A stretch of 64,000 bases of DNA from a bacterium. Lineage in GTDB: Bacteria; SAR324; NAC60-12. Below the pieces are notes generated by a model, which was given only the letters and a program-made list of their open reading frames with translations, had not been told where the DNA came from and did not search any database. The stretch spans positions 32,001 to 96,000 of the forward strand of contig CBDDTI010000746.1 in the NCBI GenBank assembly GCA_965233585.1, written 5' to 3'. The translations under genes and the position numbers were made by a program. Below are positions 43,211-53,816 of this stretch, piece by piece (the stretch's first letter is position 1; each line of letters begins with the position of its first letter).

Positions 43211-43738
43211 TCAAATTTGAAGTTTTTTGTTTTCCAAATAGGCTTGCACTTGCTGTAATAAAATCATTTCCAGAGCAAGAATTATGGGAACAAAGGAATC
43301 AAGAGTTAAGGAAATACCAAACATGCCCAACTGCGACCCGCGATACATCGGGTCTTTGAGATATTGAAAAATGCCAGAATTGACCCAATCAGGCTCTGGT
43401 TTGACGAACAACCTCACTTTCATCACACGTCTCCAGCCAAGCTCACACCATGAAAGCCACATAAGACTAGCCCCACAACAGACCACAATCACCCCAATAC
43501 CCTGCAAAATCAAAGAATGATGCCACGCAACATGCTCCATTCTGACCAAAAGCCAAAGCAATAGCATTCCGACAACAATCCAAACACTGCCTAGTTGGAC
43601 GGCTGAAATGATGAATCCATGTTTTTGGAAAAGTCTTGAGTACACCTTCCAGCGAAGTTGAAAAAAGTAGGTGGTGATTTCGTGAATGATTCCAAATGCA
43701 ACCAATGCCATTGTTAAGGCGAGGTCTTGGAAGTTCAA
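43211..43738 (-). CDS. PEMT/ICMT-family membrane methyltransferase
   Basis: TM helices; SGIFQYLKDPMY motif. Confidence 0.75.
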   Translation of the reverse strand: MNFQDLALTMALVAFGIIHEITTYFFQLRWKVYSRLFQKHGFIISAVQLGSVWIVVGMLLLWLLVRMEHVAWHHSLILQGIGVIVVCCGASLMWLSWCELGWRRVMKVRLFVKPEPDWVNSGIFQYLKDPMYRGSQLGMFGISLTLDSFVPIILALEMILLQQVQAYLENKKLQI

Positions 43739-44325
43739 AATCTCACTCCAATTCCTGCACCTAGTTCAGCACCATTGCCATTCAATGTTTGATTTGGTGC
43801 ATTTTGAGCTTCAAAAACAAACTGCTGTCTTCTGACTCCTGCACTTACAAAATAATGTGCAAGCCTCTCCAGAGCAATAAAATAGCCTTCCACCCCAAAA
43901 TGCACACCGTAGCCAAACGATTCTTGCATAGAACCGTGATCTTTCAGTCTGGTCAGTTCCATATCAGCAACGTTTAAATCAAAGCCTATAAATTGCTGTA
44001 AGATGCGTTCATGCCTGATGACCACATATTCTAAACCTGTTTGATAAACTGACATTTGATAATCATCAGTGGCATAATGTTTCAAAGACAGGGTGTGTCT
44101 CCACTTCAAAGAATCGGTGTTTCTTGTCAAAAGGGTCAATCCTGCCCCAAGTGTTCCATTGATTTTAAAGTTCACTTCTGCTCCCCCTTCATCTTCTTGA
44201 TAAGTAAATTGATCTGAGAAGGAGTAGTAAGAAGTACCAGAACGTACATGTTCAGATTGAATGGTTTGACTGGACATATTGGCAAACCAGACTGCAGCCG
44301 CACTAAGTAGCCATAGTTTTATCAT
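43735..44325 (-). CDS. putative outer-membrane beta-barrel protein
   Basis: Signal peptide, amphipathic strands, C-terminal GIGVRF. Confidence 0.6.
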   Translation of the reverse strand: MIKLWLLSAAAVWFANMSSQTIQSEHVRSGTSYYSFSDQFTYQEDEGGAEVNFKINGTLGAGLTLLTRNTDSLKWRHTLSLKHYATDDYQMSVYQTGLEYVVIRHERILQQFIGFDLNVADMELTRLKDHGSMQESFGYGVHFGVEGYFIALERLAHYFVSAGVRRQQFVFEAQNAPNQTLNGNGAELGAGIGVRF

Positions 44326-44406
44326 GCAACCTTTTCAAAGCTTGTTCAAAATTTTGTAGGCAGTATCATTTGGACAACGTCAAAGGAAAACCTTAACAAA
44401 ACAAAA

Positions 44407-45384
44407 TTGATGACGACATCACGACTTGATTTTTGCGACCAAGCACTTCAACCTATCCAACACTTAGTGGATTGGGATAGATTGCAAAACGTCAGACAAA
44501 AAGCAAACAAGAGTTTACAATCTGCAAAAGTGCAAGACCTGACTGAAGCCGTCATTTCTTTTCCCAAAGTGAAAGCCTATCATAGCAAATTCCAAGACGT
44601 TGTTGAAATTGGAGAAAAACACGAGTTAAATGACAACCAGCAGAAAGATTTATTAGCAATTCTCAAACGGCTTTGTCCTTGGAGGAAAGGACCCTTTTCG
44701 GTTTTTGGAGAATTGATTGATTCAGAATGGAAAAGCCACCATAAATGGAGACGACTCAAAGACGATTTACCTGATTTACACCAAAAACGTATTTTAGATA
44801 TTGGAAGCAACAACGGTTATTATCTTTTCCGCATGGCACAAGAAAAACCTCAGCTGGCTCTTGGTCTTGAACCCAATCTACGTTATTGGCTGGCATTTCA
44901 GCTCTTACATTCTTTTGTAGAACACTTGCCATTGCAGACAGAATTGATGGGCTGGCAAGAGTTGTTGATTTTCCCAAAATGCTTTGATGTGATTTTTTGC
45001 ATGGGAATCTTGTATCACCACAGCGACCCAATCTGCCTTCTCAGAACCATTCATTCCTGCCTTGCTGAAGGTGGCACTTTGATCGTTGAAACAGCAGGAA
45101 TTGAAGGACAAGACCCCGTTGCTTTGTTCCCAGAAAAATATTATGCAGGCATGTCCTCTTGGTTCTACCCTACCGCATCATGCCTTAAACATTGGATTCA
45201 ACGGGCTGGTTTTAAAAAGGTTGAAGTCTTTGACCAAATCCAACTCACGACAAGAGAGCAACGTTCTACCCAATGGGCAAAAGGCAAAAGCCTTGCCGAT
45301 TCCTTAATGCCCAACAATCACCGTTTAACCATTGAAGGCTACCTTGCACCGATGAGATTTTGTGCCAAAGCACAAAAAAATTAG
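44407..45384 (+). CDS. cmoB: tRNA U34 carboxymethyltransferase
   Basis: PWRKGPF, IDSEWKS..KW, LDIGSNNGY, MGILYH, EQRST.W, TIEGY.AP. Confidence 0.95.
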   Translation: MMTTSRLDFCDQALQPIQHLVDWDRLQNVRQKANKSLQSAKVQDLTEAVISFPKVKAYHSKFQDVVEIGEKHELNDNQQKDLLAILKRLCPWRKGPFSVFGELIDSEWKSHHKWRRLKDDLPDLHQKRILDIGSNNGYYLFRMAQEKPQLALGLEPNLRYWLAFQLLHSFVEHLPLQTELMGWQELLIFPKCFDVIFCMGILYHHSDPICLLRTIHSCLAEGGTLIVETAGIEGQDPVALFPEKYYAGMSSWFYPTASCLKHWIQRAGFKKVEVFDQIQLTTREQRSTQWAKGKSLADSLMPNNHRLTIEGYLAPMRFCAKAQKN

Positions 45385-45875
45385 CCTGTGGCTCGTTGAC
45401 TTTGCTGCGCATGGTCTTGTGCGATGTTTTCTTCTTGAGGCACTTGCAAGTTTTCTCCAAACAAAGGTTGCCTTGTAGAGTAACTTTCATCAGACAGCAC
45501 CACCTGCGCCCCACAGCGATTTTTGTGATTGACCAAAATGGGACCACGTAGATTCATCGTGACGTCTTGGATATTTTGGCTCATCGTCAAAATGACCAAA
45601 ATAGAAAGGTCATTTGCATCATCTGCCCTCAAACGTTTCAGACTTTCGGGGGACACTGACACCTCATAATTTTTCAATGCGACATAAGGGTCAATCACCA
45701 CGAATGCTAATGACTCTTGTGTTAAGGATTGTAACCACTGGAAAGGCTGATACGAATCGTCATCTAACACAGCATAGATTCTCTCATCAGGGAATCCCAG
45801 TAGTCCATTTTCCATAGTAATAATTTGGTCTTCCCTGACTTCCAAAGAGCCAAATCGTGATGTTTTTACAATCAT
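45381..45875 (-). CDS. fliW: flagellar assembly factor, CsrA antagonist
   Basis: TSRFG, GLLGF, FQWLQS, TMNLRGPILVN. Confidence 0.95.
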   Translation of the reverse strand: MIVKTSRFGSLEVREDQIITMENGLLGFPDERIYAVLDDDSYQPFQWLQSLTQESLAFVVIDPYVALKNYEVSVSPESLKRLRADDANDLSILVILTMSQNIQDVTMNLRGPILVNHKNRCGAQVVLSDESYSTRQPLFGENLQVPQEENIAQDHAQQSQRATG

Positions 45876-45888
45876 AACTATCCTTTAT

Positions 45889-46125
45889 TTAATTAGACAA
45901 ATGATTAAAGAAGTGAATAAAACTTTTGAGCGAACGTGGGGTATGATTGGCGGCATGATGATTTTGCACCTGCACCTTTTCATAAAGTTCTTCACGGTGA
46001 ACAGAATATTTAGACGGGGCTTCAATCCCCAAACGCACTTGCTTCCCTTTGATTTCTAACACACAAATTTTGACATTGTCCCCTATGACAATACATTGTC
46101 CTAACTTTCTGGATAAAATTAACAT
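45889..46125 (-). CDS. csrA: carbon storage regulator
   Basis: MLILSRK, VRLGIEAP, VHREELY. Confidence 0.96.
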   Translation of the reverse strand: MLILSRKLGQCIVIGDNVKICVLEIKGKQVRLGIEAPSKYSVHREELYEKVQVQNHHAANHTPRSLKSFIHFFNHLSN

Positions 46126-46146
46126 CTTTTTTTCAACCTCCTGTTG

Positions 46147-46861
46147 TTAGAAAATTTTCATTTTTTCAAAATCATTTACCAATACATTAATTGCTTTTTG
46201 AATACTTCCTTTTTCCAATGACTTGAAATAATTGGGTTTATGAATTGGTTTATCAACATGCCTTTCTCCTTCCAAAAAAGTCACAATTTTTAAATCTATT
46301 TCTGGAAAATACGACATCAATGTATGTGTAGAATAGCTGCCAAATATTTTTGTTTTGAATTGAGAGTAATCTCCACCAAGCTGGCTTTCTAATTGAAATA
46401 AATAACATATATAGATTGGGAAAAAGAGATCTCAACAAACTAAAATCTACTAAAATTCTTTTGATCATAGCATTTTCAGTATATGCTTTGCATTCTATAG
46501 CCATAACCAATTCTTTATCTATAAATATTTGTTTATCTACACTTATACCAAAATAGTACTGATTTATATTTGAGAGAATATACTTTTTAATCTCTTCATC
46601 TTGAATTTTATCAATATAATTTCTCTCTATTGGAATTTTTTGTTTTTTAGAATTGATTTCAATACGAGAAAAATCACCTCCGACTACTTCCCATGCAATC
46701 TTTACAATTTCTTCTGTAAGATATTCTTGCAACTTACCTTTAACACTTCTAATCATCCCACCATAAGAACGATTACTTTCTCTTGCATCTTTATCGACCA
46801 CTTTGACAACAGTATTATACTCTTCTATCAAATGATTAATTCTTTGTTTCAAATTCTTCAT
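46147..46861 (-). pseudogene. type II restriction endonuclease, DdeI-like, with a +1 frameshift
   Basis: YGGMIRSVKG, VDKQIF, IECKAYTENAM; after a shift near 46410 the frame continues CYLFQLESQLGGDYS...LEGERHVDKPIHKP to TAA at 46147; span 715 nt = 3n+1. DdeI similarity is from my recall of that protein. Confidence 0.85.
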
Positions 46862-48050
46862 TAAAAAGTCTCATTTGTTTGGATTGCTCTTTGATTCTTT
46901 CTTTTGCTTTTTCGCAATAGTCTTCTGAAACATCAATGCCGATGTAGTTTCTATCTAACTGATTTGCCACAGCAGTCGTTGTTCCAACCCCATTAAAGGG
47001 ATCTAAGATGACATCATTTTGATAGCTAAAAAGTTTTAAAATCCGTTCTACTAATTCTTCAGGAAACATGGCAGGGTGTCCATAGTCTTTCATCTTTCTT
47101 TCAGGGGCAATAGACCACTTTGCCACAACCCATTTTTTAAACTCTTCTGCACTGATTGTCATATCATCTCTATTGCCTGACTTCTTTAAATCTCCTTTGC
47201 AAAAAATTTCTATAAACTCCCATGTATATTTTAAGTAAGGGTTACTTGGGCTTTTCCAACTTCCCCATGCCGTATATTTGCAATTATAATTATTTTTCTC
47301 CCACAAAATTTCACCTTTCCAAATGAGTTTTTGCTGAATAAAAAAGTTGCTAATGATATGATGAGACGGAATGTAGTCAGAAAACAAGGGTTGGACATTG
47401 ACAATCATTCTTCCACCATACTTCAAAATCCTGATACATTCTTGGAACACAGAAAACAATTTTTTAAAATAATCTTCCCAATAAAAGTCATCTTCATTCT
47501 TTTCATAATCCAAACCAAAGTTATACGGGGGTGAGGTCAAAATCAAATCAACAGAATTATCAGGTATTTTTTTTAATAATATCTCACTGTCTCCTTGTAT
47601 AATCTGATTGATAAGATGGTCATCTATTTTTTGATTTTCAGTTTGAAAATGATGATTTGCTGCATAGTAATACTTTTTCCTATTGGCTGCTTTTTCTTTT
47701 CTATTTTTAACTTTCCTTTCTTGATTATAATCTACATAGTTTCGTTTTTTTCCATTGATTCCATAGCTTTTAACTGAATCTATTTTTTCTAAAATTTCTA
47801 TAAAGATCGGTTGTTGAGTGGATTTTGAAAGCTGTTTTGTGATATTTTCTAATTCATTAAAATCTAATTCTCTCAATAAAATTGTGAGGACTTGCCCATT
47901 TAACTCCAGTTGGACTTCACTAACCGCAAAGGATTGATTGAATTGAGCAATCGCATTTGGATCTAATTGATGAGAGCAGTGGATTTTAATTTTTTTATAA
48001 ATGGTTTCTTCTGATTCTTCCACTGCTTCGCTGGTTTTCATTGCTTCCAT
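46836..48050 (-). CDS. site-specific DNA methyltransferase, beta class, probably N4-cytosine
   Basis: TSPPY (motif IV) precedes HPAMFP and DPFNGVGTT (motif I); overlaps the endonuclease start. Confidence 0.92.
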   Translation of the reverse strand: MEAMKTSEAVEESEETIYKKIKIHCSHQLDPNAIAQFNQSFAVSEVQLELNGQVLTILLRELDFNELENITKQLSKSTQQPIFIEILEKIDSVKSYGINGKKRNYVDYNQERKVKNRKEKAANRKKYYYAANHHFQTENQKIDDHLINQIIQGDSEILLKKIPDNSVDLILTSPPYNFGLDYEKNEDDFYWEDYFKKLFSVFQECIRILKYGGRMIVNVQPLFSDYIPSHHIISNFFIQQKLIWKGEILWEKNNYNCKYTAWGSWKSPSNPYLKYTWEFIEIFCKGDLKKSGNRDDMTISAEEFKKWVVAKWSIAPERKMKDYGHPAMFPEELVERILKLFSYQNDVILDPFNGVGTTTAVANQLDRNYIGIDVSEDYCEKAKERIKEQSKQMRLFNEEFETKN

Positions 48051-48057
48051 CTCAAAA

Positions 48058-49362
48058 TTACCTTAAAAAATCCAATAATGAGGGTTGCAACAGACGTTTC
48101 CCTGCATTCAAAGAGGCTTGCCGATTGGTCTCAACCGAGTTCATTTCTACAAGGGTTGTTGGCATGTGAATGTCTTGGATTTCAGCTTTTCTGGTTTGAT
48201 AGGAAAACTCTTGTTCTCCTATTTTCTTTTTAGAATCCTGCAATGCAATCATGGTGTTGCCCACTTGTGCAATGAGGTCTAGCACCTGATTTCGTGCATG
48301 GTCAATGTCCCGCAAACGGTCTGCAATGGCATCACGGTCATCTAACTCCAAAGACTTCTGCAACGCCTCCATCACATCAAACATGTTGACGCTTTCGTCC
48401 CCCTGCTGAAAAAAAATTTCTTCAGCCGTGATGCTTAAAGGTACTGTCGTATTAGAATTAAGCAAGACTTCTTTTTTATATTCTGACCCTTGATAAGAGA
48501 CTTTAGGATTTGGAATGAATGAAAATTCCAATCCTTGTGGAAAATAAACTCCTTTCTCATCATTAGAAAAATCAAAAAAACCTGCTGAATCTATGCCAAG
48601 TAAATCAGAAATCAAACCTTGGTCATCAGTAAATTTCAAAAGAACCTGATCGCTGGGCTTCCCTCTTAAATTAACTACTTGAACCACAGGAAGCAATGCC
48701 TCTTCGCGAGACCACGTGAGACCTCCGTCATCAGAAACTTGGTAACGTGCATTCCCAAACGCCCCTGCTCTTGAAATTTTGACACGATATTCATTGGTAG
48801 AATGCCCTTCAAACCTTGCACGAATTTGATCCACTTCCAAAAACTCTGCAAGCTCTTTGACTTCTTCTAACTGATTATCGTCAACTTTTGACCAAACTTT
48901 AGCTTCCTGTATAGGATTATGTTTTTCCAAAGGCTGTGTCAGCGTCTTTGTCCCTGAAAATAAATAAAGTTTTCCCAGCTTGCTGTTGCCTGCATCAAAC
49001 AACGCTTGTTGAATCGCTTTTAATTCACCCGCTACAACTGCACGGCTTTCCTCTGTTGCTGTGTCATTCATTTGTCCAAGCATCAATGTTCTTACGCGGT
49101 CTAGCAAATCTGCAATGTGATTCAATTCCACAGAATTATTTTCAAGCCAATTAAGGTTGCTATCGGTGTTTTTCTGAATCTGATTGCCTCTGGACATGGA
49201 GGTTGTGATGTCCAGAATAATTGTTGACCCAATAGGATTGTCAGACAGCCTGTTGATTTGCTTCCCACTTGCCAGCTCTTGCTGGATTTGCTTCATCTGC
49301 TTCTCATTCTTTTGAATGTTTGTAACAACTTGTTGATGCTTAGAAGGTTCTGTAACTCGCAT
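48058..49362 (-). CDS. flgL: flagellar hook-associated protein 3
   Basis: MRVT, LASGKQINRLSDNP, YLFSGTKT, LQPSLLDFLR. Confidence 0.93.
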   Translation of the reverse strand: MRVTEPSKHQQVVTNIQKNEKQMKQIQQELASGKQINRLSDNPIGSTIILDITTSMSRGNQIQKNTDSNLNWLENNSVELNHIADLLDRVRTLMLGQMNDTATEESRAVVAGELKAIQQALFDAGNSKLGKLYLFSGTKTLTQPLEKHNPIQEAKVWSKVDDNQLEEVKELAEFLEVDQIRARFEGHSTNEYRVKISRAGAFGNARYQVSDDGGLTWSREEALLPVVQVVNLRGKPSDQVLLKFTDDQGLISDLLGIDSAGFFDFSNDEKGVYFPQGLEFSFIPNPKVSYQGSEYKKEVLLNSNTTVPLSITAEEIFFQQGDESVNMFDVMEALQKSLELDDRDAIADRLRDIDHARNQVLDLIAQVGNTMIALQDSKKKIGEQEFSYQTRKAEIQDIHMPTTLVEMNSVETNRQASLNAGKRLLQPSLLDFLR

Positions 49363-49367
49363 ATTTT

Positions 49368-51089
49368 TTACATCTGGATGACAGTTTCCATCATTTGATC
49401 GGTGGTTGTGACAAACTTGGCTGACGCTTCATACGCCTTTTGATAGCGCACAAGGTCTGCCACTTCTTCGTCCATATTGACAGCACTCATGGCATTCCTA
49501 ATGTCTTTAAATTGAGCCATCAGATGGTCTTGATGGTTTTTTTCGGTGTCGTTTCTTTGAATCCGCAAGCCCACGTCTGTTAAGATGCCATTGTAATATT
49601 CATCAAAGGTCATCGTGTTTTCTTGCATGGTTGGTGCAATTTGGAGCTTGGCGATATTTAATGCCACTCTGTTATCACCGGGTTCAAGGTTGCGTCCTGT
49701 TGAAATGTAATTGGGGTCATCAAGAATCTGTTGACTGACAGAGATGTCGGACGCTCCTTTGAGGGTTTTAAAAAACGAATTGAGTCCCATCATCGCCAAC
49801 AAGCCGCTGGAATCTTCTCCAAGAATGAATCGCTTGCCTTGCTTTGCCTCTAAAACCAACGACCCATCATCTTGGATAGATGCCACGATAGAAGGAGGTT
49901 TTGCTCCGTATTCTTCATTTTCAGGGCGTGGAGGATTGGCGGCTTCATTCAATCTTGAAACAATGTCAACAAGTCGGTCAGCACCTGCATTCACCCTGAT
50001 TTGATAGGTCTCTTGAATGTTATTTTCCTCATCAAGCACCTGCACGTTAAACTCACCATCTTTAAGAAAAGGGAGCGGTTTAGTTTGCGCTTCTGCATTC
50101 AAGCCAAAATCACTTTTGATGGTTTCAAAACTAGAATTTAGTCCTGTTCCCGTGGCATGTTCGGTATTGATTTGGTAAGCCAAATTGTATGCAATGTCAT
50201 TAAGCTGTGTTGTGTATTGTGGAATCACTTCATCGCGAATGCTAATAGCTTCTTTCAATGCACCTGCACGGATTTCATCAGTCAAATCCTCACGATATTG
50301 GTATTTTCCCACACCCTGCACAAAATACATTCCCGTTTCGTTGCCATTCAACGAGGCATGAAGGGGCTGACTTTTGCGACCATCTACCAACGTCCACCCT
50401 GTCCGTCCCATCGCAACTTTCATCTCGCCATTCTTGTCTTCCCACCACTGCACATCTACTTTACTGGCAAGGTCTTCTAACAAACCCTGCCTTTGGTCTC
50501 TAGCATCGTTTGAGGTGCGGTGCTGATTTTCAAAAGATGAAATTTGCCGATTCAAATCTGCAATTTGTGAAGAAATAGAGTTGATTTCAGCAATCAAACC
50601 TGCCACACGTCCATTGGCTTCTGCACGGAGTGAATGCAGTTCAGAGCTAGTTTCGCGAAAGGTTTGGGCTAGTGCATCTGCCTGATCCCTCATCTGCTTG
50701 CGTGCGGCATCAGATTCAGGCTCATTACTTAAAAAAGTCCACGCATTCCAGAATTGATCCAGCCTTGTTTTTAACCCAGTAGAATCTGTTTCATTAAAAA
50801 TAACCTCCAGCTTTTGCAAAAACATCTCACGTTGTTCATACATGCCACTATTGGGATTCTCTTGCACAATCTTTTTGGAGGTAAACTGGTCAAAAACTCT
50901 TTGTGGAACACTGCGAGAGACTCCGCCACCTGTGCCGTCTGGTTGGGTAAATTGTGCTTTTGTCAGAGATTCTTGACGTGAATAGCCGGGGGTATTGATG
51001 TTGGAAATATTATGCCCTGCCGTCGCCAAGCCTCCCTGCTGGGCAAACATAGAACGTGCACCAATGTTAAGCGAGGTATTGAGGGACAT
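49368..51089 (-). CDS. flgK: flagellar hook-associated protein 1
   Basis: GHNISNINTPGYSRQ, VNMDEEVADLVRYQKAYEASAK. Confidence 0.96.
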   Translation of the reverse strand: MSLNTSLNIGARSMFAQQGGLATAGHNISNINTPGYSRQESLTKAQFTQPDGTGGGVSRSVPQRVFDQFTSKKIVQENPNSGMYEQREMFLQKLEVIFNETDSTGLKTRLDQFWNAWTFLSNEPESDAARKQMRDQADALAQTFRETSSELHSLRAEANGRVAGLIAEINSISSQIADLNRQISSFENQHRTSNDARDQRQGLLEDLASKVDVQWWEDKNGEMKVAMGRTGWTLVDGRKSQPLHASLNGNETGMYFVQGVGKYQYREDLTDEIRAGALKEAISIRDEVIPQYTTQLNDIAYNLAYQINTEHATGTGLNSSFETIKSDFGLNAEAQTKPLPFLKDGEFNVQVLDEENNIQETYQIRVNAGADRLVDIVSRLNEAANPPRPENEEYGAKPPSIVASIQDDGSLVLEAKQGKRFILGEDSSGLLAMMGLNSFFKTLKGASDISVSQQILDDPNYISTGRNLEPGDNRVALNIAKLQIAPTMQENTMTFDEYYNGILTDVGLRIQRNDTEKNHQDHLMAQFKDIRNAMSAVNMDEEVADLVRYQKAYEASAKFVTTTDQMMETVIQM

Positions 51090-51239
51090 AATGCTGGGTT
51101 TGGATCAGATGGACTTAGCGATGTTTGAGAAATACAAATATCACGCCAAATCAATCAGATGCTTCCCCCAAGTCAGCAGAATTTGACCGATTCTTCGCTA
51201 AATGAAATTTTCAAAACGATTGAATCTGAATGGAGACAG

Positions 51240-52691
51240 TCAAGATTTGTCAGAAGTAGAGCAGACTTTGGTGTGAATCAAGCCATTTTGAAGATGCAAA
51301 GTGAGTTCATCATCAGGCTTAACTTGAGCGATAGAACGGACAGTTTTGCCCCTAGAATCAAGAGGGACTGCATAGCCTCTTTGCAAAGCAGACAGCGGGC
51401 TGGCAGACTCTAGCCTTGTCGTGTATTCTCCAAATTTTGACTTGGAGTTCTTGACAAACACCTCTAGCGAACGATGGAGGCGTGCTTGTAAATTTGCAAG
51501 GTGTTCTTGCTGATGCTTAAAATCTCGTCTTGGAATGTTGGACGCCAGCCGACGGCGGAGTGAATCATGCTTGAGTTTTTTCTTCTCCAGCTCTTTTTTA
51601 AGGCAAAGGCTTGCAGATTTTGTGAGGTCATCAATCTGTTGCAGTTGGTTTTGAATCGTTTGTTCAGGGGTGCGAAGCCAACGTTTGATGCGTTCAAAAC
51701 GTTCCTGCCTTAAATCTTGTTGAGACTGAATGACATGCTTTAAACGGGATTCAAATTGCTCAATCGTATAATGAACGGCAGAAAGTTCAGGGACGATTTG
51801 CTCAATCGCCGCAGAAGGAGTTGGCGCACGAACATCGCTGACAAAATCAGAGATGGTAAAATCTACCTCATGTCCCACGGCTGAGACAATCGGAGTATCA
51901 GCAGCTGCAATAGCATAAGCTAAGGTTTCATCATTGAATGCCCATAAATCCTCAAGAGAACCGCCTCCCCTCCCAATCACAATCACATCAAGCCCCAATT
52001 CTTGAGCATGAGCATCTAAAAATTGGACGCCTTCGGTGATGGCAGGGGCGGCATGTTCTCCTTGCACAGTGGCTGGATAAAGCAGGACTGATGCCACAGG
52101 GTATCGCTTTTTAAGAACACGCAACATGTCATGCAATGCCGCTCCTTTGACAGAAGTGACCATGCCAATCCGAAAAGGGAAAGTTGGGAGTTTCTTCTTG
52201 CGTGCTGGCTCAAAAAGTCCTTCTGACCCAAGTTTACTTTTCAGCTGCTCAAAGGCAATCTGGAAGGCGCCCACCCCTTTCGGTTCTATGTGCTGGGCTT
52301 GAATTTGATACTCCCCCCTTTGTCCATAGACTGAAATCTTGCCCCTGACCGTCACTTGCAAGCCATCTTCCAAATCAAATTGAAGACGTTTCGCATAGGC
52401 AAACATGACACACCGAATTTGCGACTTGTCATCTTTTAGGCTGAAGTAGCAATGTCCATTTGCAGAGGATTTAACATTGGAAAGCTCACCTTCTACCCAA
52501 ACCTCCCCAATCTTGTTCTCAAGCAATGAGGCAATAGTTCTGGTTAACTCGGTAACACTCCATGCGGCGGGAAGTTTTTCTTGCGGGGCAGGTTTTTCTT
52601 GTCCAACTTCCGCTTGGACTTGAGGAGTTACTTGCTGGGGAACAATAGAAGTTTTTGGGTCAAACTCAAAAGGAATCAAGGTCATAAGCAA
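51240..52691 (-). CDS. xseA: exodeoxyribonuclease VII large subunit
   Basis: GHCYFSLKD, RGGGSLEDLWAFNDE, SAVGHEVD, RAPTPSAA. Confidence 0.97.
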   Translation of the reverse strand: MLMTLIPFEFDPKTSIVPQQVTPQVQAEVGQEKPAPQEKLPAAWSVTELTRTIASLLENKIGEVWVEGELSNVKSSANGHCYFSLKDDKSQIRCVMFAYAKRLQFDLEDGLQVTVRGKISVYGQRGEYQIQAQHIEPKGVGAFQIAFEQLKSKLGSEGLFEPARKKKLPTFPFRIGMVTSVKGAALHDMLRVLKKRYPVASVLLYPATVQGEHAAPAITEGVQFLDAHAQELGLDVIVIGRGGGSLEDLWAFNDETLAYAIAAADTPIVSAVGHEVDFTISDFVSDVRAPTPSAAIEQIVPELSAVHYTIEQFESRLKHVIQSQQDLRQERFERIKRWLRTPEQTIQNQLQQIDDLTKSASLCLKKELEKKKLKHDSLRRRLASNIPRRDFKHQQEHLANLQARLHRSLEVFVKNSKSKFGEYTTRLESASPLSALQRGYAVPLDSRGKTVRSIAQVKPDDELTLHLQNGLIHTKVCSTSDKS

Positions 52692-52713
52692 TCAGAGCCA
52701 CCAGAAAGCAGGG

Positions 52714-53610
52714 TTATTTTGAATGAAAATTTCCTGTGAGTTGAGCCACAAGTGCATACTTATTGGCAATGTCTGCAAGTGGGTCTCCATCTCTAAAACT
52801 CTGCTTATCCAGTTGCTTTTTGGGGTTTGCCCCTGGCCAGATTCTCCAGCTGTCATTGTCTATCACGTCTGCAATCAGCAATTTGCCATCGGTTCTGCGT
52901 CTGCCAATTTCTATTTTCATATCAACCAAAGCGATTGCACCATCTTGTGTTTGAATTTCAGACCATGCCTTCTCTAAAACTTCAAAACAGGGGAGGACAA
53001 GCTGATGAGTCATCATGTGAATGTCTTCATCAGAACAAACAGGGGGAATGGTCATTAAGGGAGTGGTTGGGGGTGTTTTGGCAGAAAAGAGTCCCCAAGA
53101 ATCCGTGCCAACTTGAATGTAGGGGTCGGTAAACACACCATCAGCCCATTCGCCATCTTTTAAATACTTGTCACGTGCTTCGTTTTCTGACATTTGAACA
53201 GGTGATGAAACCAAAGGAGTAGTAATGACGCTGTGTTTGTGAAAAAACTCGTGTTTGATGGAATCAAAGCGATGAGGTTTACCATGGACAGGCTCAAGGC
53301 TGGGTTCTCGTTTTAAAAAACTTCCCCAAGCATAACGTCTGCTGACACATTCCAAAGGCAACATCTCGCAGTCATGGCAAAGCAACTGAACATCGTTGAC
53401 TTGCTCCACGTACGAAGTAGGAATGCCGTGTTTTTCTAAAAGTTGAAAGACATTTGCCGTTTGTGTGGTCTTGTGGACTGCAATGCCTTCAATTTCCGCC
53501 TTCTTTGCCGCATCGCCTCCCGTGAGTTGGTCCATTGTCTCTAAAATAACAAGCCCCTCACGATCTGATTCCATGATTCTTTTGGTTTTTCCGTCTGTAA
53601 TGATTTTCAT
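52714..53610 (-). CDS. purC: SAICAR synthetase, PAICS-like subtype
   Basis: GKTKRI, PLECVSRR.A.GSF, LVDMKIEIG, ADVIDNDSWRIWP, LDKQSFR. Confidence 0.9.
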   Translation of the reverse strand: MKIITDGKTKRIMESDREGLVILETMDQLTGGDAAKKAEIEGIAVHKTTQTANVFQLLEKHGIPTSYVEQVNDVQLLCHDCEMLPLECVSRRYAWGSFLKREPSLEPVHGKPHRFDSIKHEFFHKHSVITTPLVSSPVQMSENEARDKYLKDGEWADGVFTDPYIQVGTDSWGLFSAKTPPTTPLMTIPPVCSDEDIHMMTHQLVLPCFEVLEKAWSEIQTQDGAIALVDMKIEIGRRRTDGKLLIADVIDNDSWRIWPGANPKKQLDKQSFRDGDPLADIANKYALVAQLTGNFHSK

Positions 53611-53816
53611 AATACCCTTCGTCAATATTCAAAAAAGTGAAGCAGGCATTATGACATAACCCCCAGCCAACAGGCAAATGATGAATTTTTTGATTTATAT
53701 GTAGTGACTTCTATTTTTTTTGTACTTGTGTATAATAGGCATCTTGTCGTTTTTTTAAATAAAGAGTTATTGCATGACTCGTTATTTGAACTTAACCTTA
53801 AAACTATGGAGAAAAC

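Noticed and set aside
46253..46400. C-terminus of the 202-aa ORF as given in the track
   Set aside because: Out-of-frame tail after the frameshift; the endonuclease-like sequence continues in another frame to 46147
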